A stretch of DNA of 64,000 nt from Candidatus Bathyarchaeota archaeon (GTDB lineage: Archaea > Thermoproteota > Bathyarchaeia > Bathyarchaeales > Bathycorpusculaceae), in contig CAVYXJ010000007.1 in NCBI GenBank assembly GCA_963772455.1, positions 32,001 through 96,000 of the forward strand, read 5' to 3'. Of this stretch, positions 48,689 to 59,103 are shown in pieces. The translations under genes were made by a program, and so were the position numbers. Position 1 is the first letter of the stretch. Each line of letters opens with the position of its first letter. Below the pieces are notes generated by a model. The model was given only the letters and a program-made list of their open reading frames with translations, ran no database searches and had not been told where the DNA came from.

Positions 48689-50143
48689 CTATCGAGACAC
48701 TGAGCTGACTAATTGTTTTTGGGCGTTGAAAACTTCAACTGTTAATGGCATTTGCCCGATTGCAGCATGTGTTGCACATCCAAAGCATGGGTCGTATGCT
48801 CGGAAAGCCATTTCAATCCTGTTGAGGATACCTTGGTCTACTTTGCCGTTGTGAATTAGGCCTTTTGCTGCGTCTCTTATGCTCATGCAGATTGCAGGGT
48901 AATTGTTTGTTGTTGCAACAATTAGGTTTACGTCTTTTACGAGTGCGTCTTTGTCTAAGGTGTAGTGGTGGATTAGTGTGCCGCGTGCTGCTTCAACGAT
49001 GCCTACCCCTTCAGTGGGTTCGCCTGGCGTGTTGCGTACGTTTGTGCTTGTGATTTCTGGGTCTTTAATCAATTCCATCGCCCTTTCTGTTGCGTAGAGA
49101 AGTTCAATTAGTCTTGCCCAGTGGAAAGCTAAGGTGCTGTGAACTGGTTTGCCACCTAGCGTCTTGTACATTTCTTGGTATTCTGCTTGTGCAAGTGGAG
49201 TTGCCATTCCGTCGGATGCGTTTAAGCGTGCAAGTGGTCCAACGCGGTAGACGCCACTGTCTACGCCAGCAACTTGTCCTTTCCAGCCGATTGCTTTAAG
49301 GTATGGGAATTTGCTGTATGTCCATTCTTCGACGTGTTCGCCGATGTGATTGAGGTAGTCCTTGGGTTCAAACTTGAGGAATTCCTTGCCTGTTGGGTCG
49401 ACAACTCGGATTTTGCCGTCGTAAAAGTTGACTTTGTTGTTTTTGTCTACCATACCCATGTAATAGGTGGGCATAGTGTAATTGGGGCTTTTTATCATTT
49501 CAACGTATTTTGTGTTGCCCAAAACTATGTCATGGAAGATTTTTAGTGTGAACTGTGCAAAATTGACGCAGGAAGAAGCCATCTTTTCGATTTCTTGCCT
49601 GTTCTCTTCGCTAAGTGCTTTGGAAATTCCGCCTGGTAATCCACAGACTGGGTGGGTTGCTTTGCCACCGATGATTTCAGTTATTTTTTGTCCGTATGCA
49701 CGATGTTTAATGACTTCAGCTGCAATTGGCATACCAACTTTCTCGATTACACCTAAGATGTTGCGTTTTTCTGCTGGAGCGTCCGGTCCAACGATGAAGT
49801 CTGGTCCACCAAGATAGTAAAAGTGCAATGTGTGGTCATAAATGAAATAAGCAGTGTACATTAGTTCTCGAAGTTTCTTTGCTGGTGAGGTCGGTTCAAC
49901 ATTAAACGCTGCGTCTAATGCTTTGGCAGCTGCAAAGTGGTGAGCTACTGGGCAGACACCGCAGATTCGGGTGGTGAGTTGGGGCATGAGTTCTGCTCTT
50001 CTGCCAATGCAGAATTTCTCGAAACCTCTTAGTTCAGGAATTTTGAGGTAAGCGTTCTCGACTTCGCCTTGGTCGTTTAGGAATATGGATACGTTTCCGT
50101 GTCCTTCAAGGCGAGTAATTGGGTCTATTACTATTTCTTTCAT
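48689..50143 (-). CDS. mvhA: [NiFe] hydrogenase large subunit, group 3c (MvhA-like)
   Basis: DPITRLEGH, L1 RICGVCPVAH, L2 YDPCFGCATH and a cleavable C-terminal tail. Confidence 0.94.
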   Translation of the reverse strand: MKEIVIDPITRLEGHGNVSIFLNDQGEVENAYLKIPELRGFEKFCIGRRAELMPQLTTRICGVCPVAHHFAAAKALDAAFNVEPTSPAKKLRELMYTAYFIYDHTLHFYYLGGPDFIVGPDAPAEKRNILGVIEKVGMPIAAEVIKHRAYGQKITEIIGGKATHPVCGLPGGISKALSEENRQEIEKMASSCVNFAQFTLKIFHDIVLGNTKYVEMIKSPNYTMPTYYMGMVDKNNKVNFYDGKIRVVDPTGKEFLKFEPKDYLNHIGEHVEEWTYSKFPYLKAIGWKGQVAGVDSGVYRVGPLARLNASDGMATPLAQAEYQEMYKTLGGKPVHSTLAFHWARLIELLYATERAMELIKDPEITSTNVRNTPGEPTEGVGIVEAARGTLIHHYTLDKDALVKDVNLIVATTNNYPAICMSIRDAAKGLIHNGKVDQGILNRIEMAFRAYDPCFGCATHAAIGQMPLTVEVFNAQKQLVSSVSR

Positions 50144-51126
50144 TTTTGTATCACCTTTCTTTTTAAGATTGAATTTGGCAAACCGTACATGTACACTGTG
50201 CCAACTGGGTCTTTAACTTGGTTGATTAATGTTTCAATTTCTTTTTCAGTGTACTTTGTTTTGCCTTCTACCCCGTCGTAACCTAAAATTGAGGCTAAAG
50301 CGGTTATCATTGCTGCACCTTGCTCTGGCACATTTGGGGCAGGTCCGCCGCATCCCGTGCATGGCATGTCAACTTTTAAGCATTGAGCACCACAGCCGCT
50401 TCTAGTTGCCATTCCCATGCAGATTATGCCTTGTTCCATAAGACATTTTTCTGGTTCAGGAATTTTCTCGTAGACTCTGTAGATTTTATCGATTTTTTTG
50501 TTTTCACGTTTTCTAGGACATTCGTCGCATACTGCTTTGAGTGGTGCAAGTACTGAGCCTTTTGGCGGCAGTTTGTTATTTGCAATTGCATCAACGGCGG
50601 CTGCTATTAGTTTAACTGGAGGAGGGCAACCTGGAAGGAAATAGTCTACGTCTACGGTTTGAGCAAGGGTTTTAACTGTATCGTAGAATTCTGGGATTTT
50701 CAAAGTCCCTTCTTTGACTTGAGTTTGAGTTTTAGGTGTAGTACCTTGCGGGTTGATGTTTGATTTGTCTTTTATGTAAACTTGATCGAAAATTTCTTTT
50801 TTGGTATTTAGATTTGCTAACCCTGGAATGCAACCTTCGTGGGCACATGAGCCAAAGGCAACTAAGGTTTTGGATTTTGCTCTTAGCAATTTAGCCATGT
50901 GTTCTTGTTCTGAGTTGCGAATTGAACCGTTGAAGAATGTTATATCGATGTGTTTGTCTGGTAGAGCTTCGATGTCTTTGTATTTGACATCTATCGCTAC
51001 AGGCCAGAACACTATGTCAGCGAGTTTTACAACGTCAAGGATTTTCTCATTTAAGTCTAAGACGGCTATTTCGCAACCGCCACAGCTTGCAGCCCAATAG
51101 AAGGCTATTTTTAATTTTTCAGTCAC
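50140..51126 (-). CDS. mvhG: [NiFe] hydrogenase small subunit (MvhG-like)
   Basis: AASCGGCE, AFGSCA, PGCPP, CDEC, CLMEQGIICMG, PCTGC. Confidence 0.93.
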   Translation of the reverse strand: MTEKLKIAFYWAASCGGCEIAVLDLNEKILDVVKLADIVFWPVAIDVKYKDIEALPDKHIDITFFNGSIRNSEQEHMAKLLRAKSKTLVAFGSCAHEGCIPGLANLNTKKEIFDQVYIKDKSNINPQGTTPKTQTQVKEGTLKIPEFYDTVKTLAQTVDVDYFLPGCPPPVKLIAAAVDAIANNKLPPKGSVLAPLKAVCDECPRKRENKKIDKIYRVYEKIPEPEKCLMEQGIICMGMATRSGCGAQCLKVDMPCTGCGGPAPNVPEQGAAMITALASILGYDGVEGKTKYTEKEIETLINQVKDPVGTVYMYGLPNSILKRKVIQK

Positions 51127-52016
51127 GGTTTGTTTGCTCCCAGATTCAATTGTTTTAATAGGTTTGATGCATTTACTCGGAGTTCATTGAACGCTAACTC
51201 TTCAGGCGTCATACCCATTGCTAAACCGAGCAGTTGTGGGTAATGAAGTACTGGAATACCATAGGTCTCATTAAACAGTTTTTCTATGCGTAACTCGTTA
51301 GTATCATACATAATGTGGCAAAATGGGCAAATGGTGATTAAAGCTTGGGCTTCAACTTGTTTAACATGATTTAGTTTATCCCTTGCCAATGCCAAAGCAA
51401 CTTTATCACTTACCCCAACACTGGGTGCACCACAACATTCTGTTTCGTCAACATAATCAAGACATGTTGCACCTGTTGCTTCAATGAGAGTTTTTAGAGT
51501 TTGTGGATCTTCTGGATCGTCGAAGCCAATAATTTCTTTAGGTCGCAGAATATGGCAACCATTGTGTTCAGCAACCTTCAAACCCGTCAAGGGTTTAACC
51601 ACTGATGCTTTAATTTTTTCATAGCCAACATCTTCCCTCAGTAGTTGTAAGAGATGTTTTGTTTCAATAGTTCCTTTGAATTCCATACCTACTTCTTTGA
51701 GGTGACTGTTGATTTGCTCCTTGAGGGCTTTGTCTTCTTTTAGGGCTTTGTTAACTTTCTTTAAAGTTCCAGCGCAGCCTGGACAAAGAGTAAGAATGTT
51801 AAGTCCTTGTTGTTCAGCTAACGCCAAGTTTTTTGCAGCTAAAATTAGCATGGTTTCATGACTTACAGGATCAAGAGGTAAACCACAACAATTGAATTCG
51901 GGCATTTCGACAAGTTCAACGCCAAGTTTAGCGAGAACTTTACGTGAAGAAATTTCATAAGATGAAACACGATATGGAATGGCGCATCCTAGAAATATCA
52001 GATATTTATTGCCCAC
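51123..52016 (-). CDS. hdrB: Heterodisulfide reductase subunit B
   Basis: FLGC, two CCG motifs, CPGC, GCH, CPFC. Confidence 0.93.
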   Translation of the reverse strand: MGNKYLIFLGCAIPYRVSSYEISSRKVLAKLGVELVEMPEFNCCGLPLDPVSHETMLILAAKNLALAEQQGLNILTLCPGCAGTLKKVNKALKEDKALKEQINSHLKEVGMEFKGTIETKHLLQLLREDVGYEKIKASVVKPLTGLKVAEHNGCHILRPKEIIGFDDPEDPQTLKTLIEATGATCLDYVDETECCGAPSVGVSDKVALALARDKLNHVKQVEAQALITICPFCHIMYDTNELRIEKLFNETYGIPVLHYPQLLGLAMGMTPEELAFNELRVNASNLLKQLNLGANKP

Positions 52017-52569
52017 TTGGTTTTTCTCCGACAGGTTTCTGGATTTTTTCGATGAATTTTACTCCCTTTAATGTTTTGCAGACTTTTTCCGGGTTGCCTT
52101 TTGGCAGCGGTGGAAGTCCTTGGGATTCACGTTTCTTAACTCTAAGTTCAGGAATTTTGAAGGCGTATCCTGATTCCAGAAGGCTTCCGGCTTGATCTTT
52201 GAATACTTGTGGGAAGCAGCCTTTTTCTGCGGCTAAATTTCGGAATGCACGTATTACGTTTGCGACTTCGATATCTTGGGGGCAACGGTCCGTGCAAGTA
52301 TAACAGGCTGCACAGAGCCATAAGGTATCGCTGTTTAATACGCGATCTTTTAATCCTGTTAGTGCCAAGTGAATAAGTGTTCTGGGACGATAACTGTCGC
52401 TAAAGCGTGCAACTGGGCAATCTGAGGTGCATGTTCCGCACTGGAAACATTTTAGAATTTTTTCGCTTCCGTGGATTTTTACGAGTTCATATTTGAATTT
52501 TGGGTCAAGTTCGGAAGCTTTTATGGGTTGGTCTTTACTTTGTATGGGGGTTGTTGCTACCTCAGACAT
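52006..52569 (-). CDS. hdrC: Heterodisulfide reductase subunit C
   Basis: CFQCGTCTSDCP and LWLCAACYTCTDRCP. Confidence 0.93.
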   Translation of the reverse strand: MSEVATTPIQSKDQPIKASELDPKFKYELVKIHGSEKILKCFQCGTCTSDCPVARFSDSYRPRTLIHLALTGLKDRVLNSDTLWLCAACYTCTDRCPQDIEVANVIRAFRNLAAEKGCFPQVFKDQAGSLLESGYAFKIPELRVKKRESQGLPPLPKGNPEKVCKTLKGVKFIEKIQKPVGEKPSGQ

Positions 52570-52835
52570 TAGTTTTAACCTTGACTATTAATTTTTGATA
52601 GCACCTTATGTGCTTAAACTCAGAAAAGTCCGTATCCACTAATAAAGTTTCAGCCAACCCTTCAATAATTCTTCCTTGTACTTGATGAAAAAACAAAAGG
52701 TTGAGTAGAGAGCAAGAATTTATGGCTCTAAAATCAACATAGAAAATATCGGTTTCCCATGCTATATTAACTTCTACTAAGAAACATGAGATTCAGAGTT
52801 TAACTGAAGTGACATAAAGAAAAAGAAAAAGTTGG

Positions 52836-53117
52836 TTATTCTCTGCATTGCCTGAGGGTACGCAGTTCCTCAATTGTCTTGTTCAAAACTGTCTTATCTG
52901 TGACAGATTCAACTGTGGAGACGGGCAAACAAACCGTTACTTTTCCAAGATAAGGATGCTTGAACCCAAGTTTTTTTGATGCTTCCTCACTTAAGGCGAC
53001 GAATAAATTGATTATTTGCCAATTACTCGTGTCTAATTCTGCGCTATGCACTTCTCCTAAAACAAAACCGTCTGAAGTGACAGCGGGTTTCCAAAATAAT
53101 TTTGTAATTTCAACCAT
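52836..53117 (-). CDS. PRC-barrel domain protein
   Basis: K..VTSDG.VLGEV...ELD...WQI..L...V.LP...V..V.D..VL pattern. Confidence 0.75.
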   Translation of the reverse strand: MVEITKLFWKPAVTSDGFVLGEVHSAELDTSNWQIINLFVALSEEASKKLGFKHPYLGKVTVCLPVSTVESVTDKTVLNKTIEELRTLRQCRE

Positions 53118-53340
53118 AAAAAAACCTTAACTAGTAAATATCAAGCTCTTCTTTATATCTGTTTTTTAGAGTCGGATGGTTATCAGAAAGTTCCAGTGAA
53201 ATCATTGAGGATAATTATATTTATTTTTTTCCGAAGACCTGCCAGTTTTATTTCTCTCCAATGACGCATTTCATAGAATTATTCGGGCACAGAATACTTT
53301 TTTACATTCCTAAACGTAGTAAATTAAGTGGTGTTTTTAG

Positions 53341-53729
53341 TTGTCATCTTCTCAACCCCAATCCAACCTCAAAAAACTCACCCCTGAAGAAGAACAAGTA
53401 ATAATTAAAAAAGGCACGGAAATTCCGTTTACAGGTAAATACTATGCTTTTTGGGAAAAAGGCACCTACGTTTGCAAACGATGTGGAGCAAAACTTTACC
53501 GTTCTGAAAATAAGTTTGAAGCCAATTGCGGCTGGCCAAGCTTCGATGATGAAATTCCAGGCGCATAAAGAGAATACCTGATCCTGATGGAAAACGAACC
53601 GAAATACAATGCACAAATTGCGGCGCGCACCTTGGACACGTTTTCACAGGAGAGCATTTCACAGAAAAAAACACACGTCACTGTGTCAATTCAATGTCGA
53701 TGGATTTTATTCCAGACAAGAACCCATAG
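53341..53729 (+). pseudogene. msrB: Peptide-methionine (R)-S-oxide reductase, frameshifted
   Basis: GTE.PF.GKY, CKRC, GWPSF, then one base missing near 53566. The -1 frame continues [27 protein letters not shown]...RHCVNS to TAG 53729. Confidence 0.88.
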
Positions 53730-53765
53730 CTTCGCGCGAAAGAGTTATAGACGACATAGCGCAAG

Positions 53766-54639
53766 ATGGACATAATAAGTGAAAAACCAGACATGTCTAC
53801 ACCCTTACCAACTACTATACCGGAAACAAATTTTCTAGGAATATCCTTCGGCCTCATTCTTGAGATATTACTCATCGCAGTAATAGCGATAACCTTTGAA
53901 AGATTAATCAGCCGGTATCTCTCACATTTTGCAAAACGCATCAAACTTGAACCCAGCACAGGAAACAACCTAGTCCTGACGTTTAGAATTCTAATTCTAA
54001 TATTTGCTGTTTTATCCATAAGCAGTTTGGGCGGAGTACAAGCCGAATGGTTGCTGTCGGTTTCCGCAATAGGAGGCGCTGCAGTGGGTTTTGCGTCACA
54101 AAAAACTCTGGGCAACTTTATTGCTGGACTTTTTCTTTTAGCGGCACATCCTTTCAAGGTAGGTGACTACGTAAAAATTGGCACTGTTGAAGGCATCGTT
54201 CAAGAAATAACCATGAATTATACTAAAGTGTTAACTTCTGGCAACAACATCGTTTCAGTAACCAATCTCCAAATTTTAGACCGAGACATTACTAATTACC
54301 TCTATGAAAGCTCAAAAAACTAATTGCCTCTACTGCTACACTTTTGAAATCGGGTTTGACCACAGTATTCCAACTGAAAAACTAAATCAGTTGTTCAACC
54401 AAATATTCGATAGTTATTCAAGAGTATTGCCCAGAAGACCAACCAACATGCTTGTTCGCTCGGGCGCCTTGGACAGAGTGTATTTAGTCTATCTTTACGT
54501 TGACAAACCTCAGGACATCTTTACGTTAAGGCCAAGAATTTCTGATGAATTGTTCCAACGTTGGGATGAAGAAAGAACAAAACTAAAAGAATTAACGTTA
54601 CAAGCCCAAAAAATAAGGATTGATTATCATGTCAAGTAA
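53766..54639 (+). pseudogene. MscS-family mechanosensitive channel split by a frameshift (53766-54323 + 54304-54639)
   Basis: GFASQKTLGNFIAG, PFKVGDYV, EGIVQEIT, ITNY. The C-terminal alpha/beta domain lies in the +1 frame after an A6 run. Confidence 0.75.
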
Positions 54640-54961
54640 AAAACAAGAACTAAAAGCAAAAGCGTCAAACCTTTCGAGCTTAATTAATTATCAAGAAGGA
54701 TCCGTTGTTAGCCGTACCTTAATTGACAAGAAAAATGGAACTGTAACGTTATTTGCGTTTGATCTAAATCAGGGGTTAAGTGAACACACGGCACCTTATG
54801 ATGCCATGGTCTACGTATTAGAAGGAGAAGTTGAAGTTAGAATATCAGGAAAACCCGTAATTCTAAAGCAGGGGGAAATAACGATTATGCCTGCCAATGA
54901 ACCTCATGCGTTATCAGCGAAAACAAAGTTCAAGATGCTCTTAACCATGATAAAATCCTAA
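54629..54961 (+). CDS. Cupin domain protein
   Basis: VTLFAFD..QGLSEHTAP, VLEGE, MPANEPHAL. Confidence 0.9.
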   Translation: MSSKKQELKAKASNLSSLINYQEGSVVSRTLIDKKNGTVTLFAFDLNQGLSEHTAPYDAMVYVLEGEVEVRISGKPVILKQGEITIMPANEPHALSAKTKFKMLLTMIKS

Positions 54962-55569
54962 AGCGGTTTGCCCCAAATATCTACAAAACAATAGCCTTCA
55001 AGAACTTTTTTTATAGGCACCTTCGGTTTTTCAGCTGGATACCCCATAACCACAAACGCTTGAGGCTCCACTTCATTGGGAATTTTTATGATTTTTCTTA
55101 CGGTTTCTTTGCAAAATCCTGGTGCACAGAACCAACAAGCCCCTAAACCTTTCGCATGTGCGGCTAAAAGTAGATTTTGTAGTGCTGCTCCGAAACTTTG
55201 CACAGCCAAATCCCGCTCACACATTTGCCTTTCAGAATCTGGAAATTTCCGCAGATCAACCACGGTTAAACAAGCTAACACAAGAACTGGGGCAGTTGCG
55301 AACCGTTCAACCCGCTCCGTGCGCTTATCTGATTCAACCATTATTCCATCTCTTTGCAAGTCTTTTACCCATGCATCAGCCATGGCATCAGCCAACCTTC
55401 GCTTGACAGAATCATCGGCTAAAACTATGAAACGCCATGGTTGAGAATTATGGGCTGAGGGCGCCCAGCCAGCGGCAGCTAAAACTTCTTTCACAATGTC
55501 TTTGGGAACTTGGCGTGGCAAGTATTTTCTTATGCTTCGGCGTTTTTTAATTGCATCGCTAAGTGACAT
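54958..55569 (-). CDS. Nitroreductase family protein (FbiB C-terminal-like)
   Basis: RRSIRKY, WAPSAHNSQPWRF, QNLLLAAH..GLGACW. Confidence 0.9.
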   Translation of the reverse strand: MSLSDAIKKRRSIRKYLPRQVPKDIVKEVLAAAGWAPSAHNSQPWRFIVLADDSVKRRLADAMADAWVKDLQRDGIMVESDKRTERVERFATAPVLVLACLTVVDLRKFPDSERQMCERDLAVQSFGAALQNLLLAAHAKGLGACWFCAPGFCKETVRKIIKIPNEVEPQAFVVMGYPAEKPKVPIKKVLEGYCFVDIWGKPL

Positions 55570-55744
55570 GACCTTTTGTATGTCAATTTAGGTTTTTATC
55601 TCTATGTTTTAACTGAGCAATTGTCACAATGAAGCTTTGGGAATTACAGACTGAGATTTCTGTTGGAAAAATAGATCTTCTTAATCCCTAGTTGTACCAA
55701 GTTTTTTTAGGAGGAGCAAAAGTCGTTTATATCAACAATTAGAG

Positions 55745-56773
55745 TTAAATCTTGTTTGGCTCCAGAATGACCTTAAGAGAAGACCCTGCTTCAGCCATTA
55801 ACCGGAAACCTTCCTGTGCCTCACGCAAACTAAGCCTGTGAGTAATCATGTCTTTAACGTTCAATTGCCCAGTCGCTAAAACTTTCATTGAATCCTCCAG
55901 ATCATTTGGGGCTGCACCATAGCTTGTGCGCATTGTAATTTCGTTTCGCCAAAACTGGTTAATAGGAACTGGAAGCTTCACAGTTGGATCTGGAACAGCA
56001 AAAAATAGAATAGTTCCGCCGCTTTCTACACAATCCATGGCTGAAATTGCCGCAGAGCTTGCACCGGTGCAAACAATCACTTGATCCGCTAAGCGTCCGT
56101 CATTTATTTCTTTGAGCGATTGGGAAAGATTATCTTTTGCGTTTAAGGCGTGATTTGCACCGAATTTTTTGGCAAGTTCCAGCCGATATGGGTTAATATC
56201 GGCTACAATGATGTTTTCTATTCCCTTGAATTTGGCAAGTTGAGCATGCAGTATTCCTGATATGCCACTACCGATTATGAGTAATGTATCGTCTTTTTGC
56301 AAGTTTGCCAACCTTTGACCCCTTGAAACACATGCTAAGGGTTCTATGAAGGTGCCTTCCTCAAAACTCATGGCGTCAGGTAGATTGTATATTCCGCTTT
56401 GGATATTGATTTTGGGAATTTGGATGTATTGTGAAAATCCGCCTGGGTAGTAGTTGGTTGTGTGCAGTGTGTGACATGCGGTGTGATTTCCTCTTTGGCA
56501 GTGTCGACATTGGTTACATGGGACATGGTGCGAGACGAAAACGCGGTCACCAACTTTAACGCTCTTTACTTGGTTCCCGACTTTGCTTATAACGCCTGTT
56601 GCTTCATGGCCAAGTACTCGTGGAGCTTTAGGAATACGATACCATTCTAAGACGTCACTGCCGCAGATGCCGCTCGCCATTACTTTAAGCAATGCTTCTT
56701 CTTCACTGATGCTTGGAACAGGAATTTCTTCGACTCGGACGTCATGATTGTTGTAATAAAAGGCGGCAAGCAA
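55745..56773 (-). CDS. Zinc-dependent (sugar) alcohol dehydrogenase, MDR family
   Basis: GICGSD, GHE, structural zinc C..C..C...C, IEPLAC, GSGISG. Confidence 0.92.
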   Translation of the reverse strand: MLAAFYYNNHDVRVEEIPVPSISEEEALLKVMASGICGSDVLEWYRIPKAPRVLGHEATGVISKVGNQVKSVKVGDRVFVSHHVPCNQCRHCQRGNHTACHTLHTTNYYPGGFSQYIQIPKINIQSGIYNLPDAMSFEEGTFIEPLACVSRGQRLANLQKDDTLLIIGSGISGILHAQLAKFKGIENIIVADINPYRLELAKKFGANHALNAKDNLSQSLKEINDGRLADQVIVCTGASSAAISAMDCVESGGTILFFAVPDPTVKLPVPINQFWRNEITMRTSYGAAPNDLEDSMKVLATGQLNVKDMITHRLSLREAQEGFRLMAEAGSSLKVILEPNKI

Positions 56774-56797
56774 AAAAGTTCACCAAAAAAAAGAGTT

Positions 56798-57596
56798 TTA
56801 GGCTTTGCCTGCGATTGCTTGTTTGTAGAGGTCGTCGGCTTCTTGGGGATTAAAGCCTTCATGAATTATAGCGCGGATTGCTTTGATTGAGGCAACAGGA
56901 TATTGGGTTTGCCAAATGTTGCGACCTAAATTCACGCCTATAGCGCCTTTCTGCATGCCGTCGTAAACGAAGTCAAAGACTTCTTTCTGAGTTTCAGTCT
57001 TGGGTCCGCCCGCCATGACAACTGGCACCGGGCAACCGTCTACGACTTTCTCAAAGTTCTCTTTGCAATAGTAAGTCTTCACAACTCTAGCGCCAATTTC
57101 AGCTGAGATACGTGCAGCTAACGCGAGGTAGCGGGCTTCTCGTTTTTCAAGTTCTTTACCAACAGCCGAAACTGCCATTACGGGAATTCCGTATTCTTCG
57201 CATTCGTCAACAAGTTTGGCAAGGTTGCTTAAGCTTTTGTTTTCGTATTTGGTTCCTACAAAAACTGACATGGATACTGCGGAAGCGTTTAATCTGAGTA
57301 TTTCTTCGATAGATGTGACAACACTCTCATTTGCTAAGTCTTCTCCTACCACGGATACAGCTCCTGAAACACGCATGATGATTGGCTTCTCAATTGCTGG
57401 GTCAATACAGTTGCGCAAAACGCCGCGAGTTAACATTAAACCATCAGCGTACTGTGATGATTGGCTTAATGGTTTCTTCTGGATGCTCAAGACCATGTGT
57501 TGGACCCTGGAAATATCCATGGTCAATAGGTAAAAAGAGGGCTTTGCCATCTTTCTGGATAAGTCTACTTAAGCGGTTCTTCATTCCCCAATCCAT
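56798..57596 (-). pseudogene. lsrF: LsrF-like class I aldolase/thiolase, frameshifted
   Basis: MDWGMKNRL...DHGYFQGP in one frame and YADGLMLTRG...AEIGARVVKTYY...AGGPK...GRNIWQ in another; one extra base near 57455. Confidence 0.8.
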
Positions 57597-57598
57597 AA

Positions 57599-57823
57599 TC
57601 ATTTCTCCGTGGAAGCTTTTGGTTTTAGAATTAAATAACCTTTTTCTATGAGCCAATGGTGAAATTGCCATGTGGTGTATAGGCACGCGGCGCCGCATTT
57701 TTGGCGTGTCTGCTCGTATGCTGGGCAACCTTCCTTTTGGATTTCTAATTCATTTTGTATAGGGCATTTGATGTCTTTGCAGAATTCTCGACGTTTGTAC
57801 TCAACGTATCCTTGAGGAACCAT
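57599..57823 (-). CDS. Small Cys/His-rich probable metal-binding protein
   Basis: FCKDIKCP...CGAAC...FHHWL; first gene of the lsrF-ADH operon. Confidence 0.7.
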   Translation of the reverse strand: MVPQGYVEYKRREFCKDIKCPIQNELEIQKEGCPAYEQTRQKCGAACLYTTWQFHHWLIEKGYLILKPKASTEK

Positions 57824-58033
57824 TCTTCATCAGTGTCTCAATCACTTCTTTAATGGATATTAATTCTTCGCAAATAAAAATCGGCAACATAGATGAGAAG
57901 TTGTTGCAACTTACACCCTGCACAGCTAGCTGCAACAATCACACATTAAGCATACGATTTCAGCTTGCAAAAACCCATTTTTAACATTCAGTTTAAGGTT
58001 AACTTTTTTAATCTATAAAACCTCAAAACTTGT

Positions 58034-58711
58034 ATGCCCAAATATTATCTGTTAGGCGGCGAAAACACCCATAAAAGAGATGCAAAAGAAATAAATCAAA
58101 AAGCCTTCAACGATGCTGGAAAATCACCTCGAGTTCTAGTGTTTTCTTGGGCCAGAGCGTCCTTTGACAAAACGTATCCAAAGAGCCAATTGATGTTTGA
58201 TTATTTCAGAAGTTTAGGCGCGAGTACTGTAAACAACGTTGATTATTCCTGTACAATTGAAGAGATCAGAGAAAAAATCTCTGAATCAGATCTTATTTAT
58301 CTAACAGGTGGCGTGCCAACGGTTTTAATTGAGCGATTAAAGAAAGCGGGCATTCGAAGTTTGCTTAGGGATTTTAAAGGAATTATTGTTGGCAGAAGCG
58401 CAGGTGCGTTAGCTCTTTGCCGAAAATGCGTAATCACTTGCCGAAGAACCTCAGAAATTCAAACTATTGATGGATTGGGACTTGTGGATTTAACTCTTAA
58501 GGCACATTATAAGTTAGGAAAAGATGAAAAATTAGATAGATTATCGAAAACTGAAGATATTTTTGCGGTGCCAAAAGACTCAGCTATTGTTTACGATTAT
58601 GGAAAACTATCTTTCATAAATAACGTTTATTTTTTTAGAGATGGCATTAGACAAATTATAAGTGAAAAATCGTTAGAACCAGAACCTTGGAAATTGAATA
58701 ATAGTGAATAG
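58034..58711 (+). CDS. Peptidase S51 (dipeptidase E-like)
   Basis: DLIYLTGG, nucleophile elbow GRSAGA, GLGL...AHY. Confidence 0.85.
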   Translation: MPKYYLLGGENTHKRDAKEINQKAFNDAGKSPRVLVFSWARASFDKTYPKSQLMFDYFRSLGASTVNNVDYSCTIEEIREKISESDLIYLTGGVPTVLIERLKKAGIRSLLRDFKGIIVGRSAGALALCRKCVITCRRTSEIQTIDGLGLVDLTLKAHYKLGKDEKLDRLSKTEDIFAVPKDSAIVYDYGKLSFINNVYFFRDGIRQIISEKSLEPEPWKLNNSE

Positions 58712-58726
58712 GTGATGACCGAATTT

Positions 58727-58963
58727 TCATGTGTCATTAGTTTTTTTTCTTTGAAAAGTAGCTACAATAATTGTTGCAAGCACCAAAACTAGAAGAACTA
58801 TACCTAGAATGCTAAGTGGAATTCTAAAGGCAGCTAAGTTATGCAACACATTCGTCGAGGGCAAACCACCCAAATATGCTGCTAAGAAAAGCCCGACAAA
58901 TAACGCGCCAACTCCTTGAGTGACAAATAAAAAGTTTGATACTCGTTTATCAGTTAGCCGCAA
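58727..58963 (-). CDS. Small membrane protein
   Basis: Two transmembrane helices; GTGAGGT SD before the TTG. Confidence 0.65.
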   Translation of the reverse strand: MRLTDKRVSNFLFVTQGVGALFVGLFLAAYLGGLPSTNVLHNLAAFRIPLSILGIVLLVLVLATIIVATFQRKKTNDT

Positions 58964-59103
58964 ACAAAGACCTCACTTACAGTAAAGTAAATTCCTTATT
59001 TAACATTAACCATTTCATAGTTATTCATTGTAACGCACCTTCTAACCGCAAGTATAATATACGAAACCAACGAATTTTATTTTGATCATAATCGGTTGAT
59101 TTT

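Noticed and set aside
48689-52569. Selenocysteine recoding in Mvh/Hdr
   Set aside because: All ligand positions are Cys and there is no in-frame TGA.
53190-53210. ORB-like GTTCCAGTGAAATC beside an AT-rich tract
   Set aside because: A single imperfect copy with no G-string, far from cdc6; insufficient without skew or marker-frequency data.
54312-54323. A-AAA-AAC slippery heptamer as a programmed -1 frameshift in mscS
   Set aside because: The continuation is in the +1 frame; the -1 frame stops after about 21 codons.
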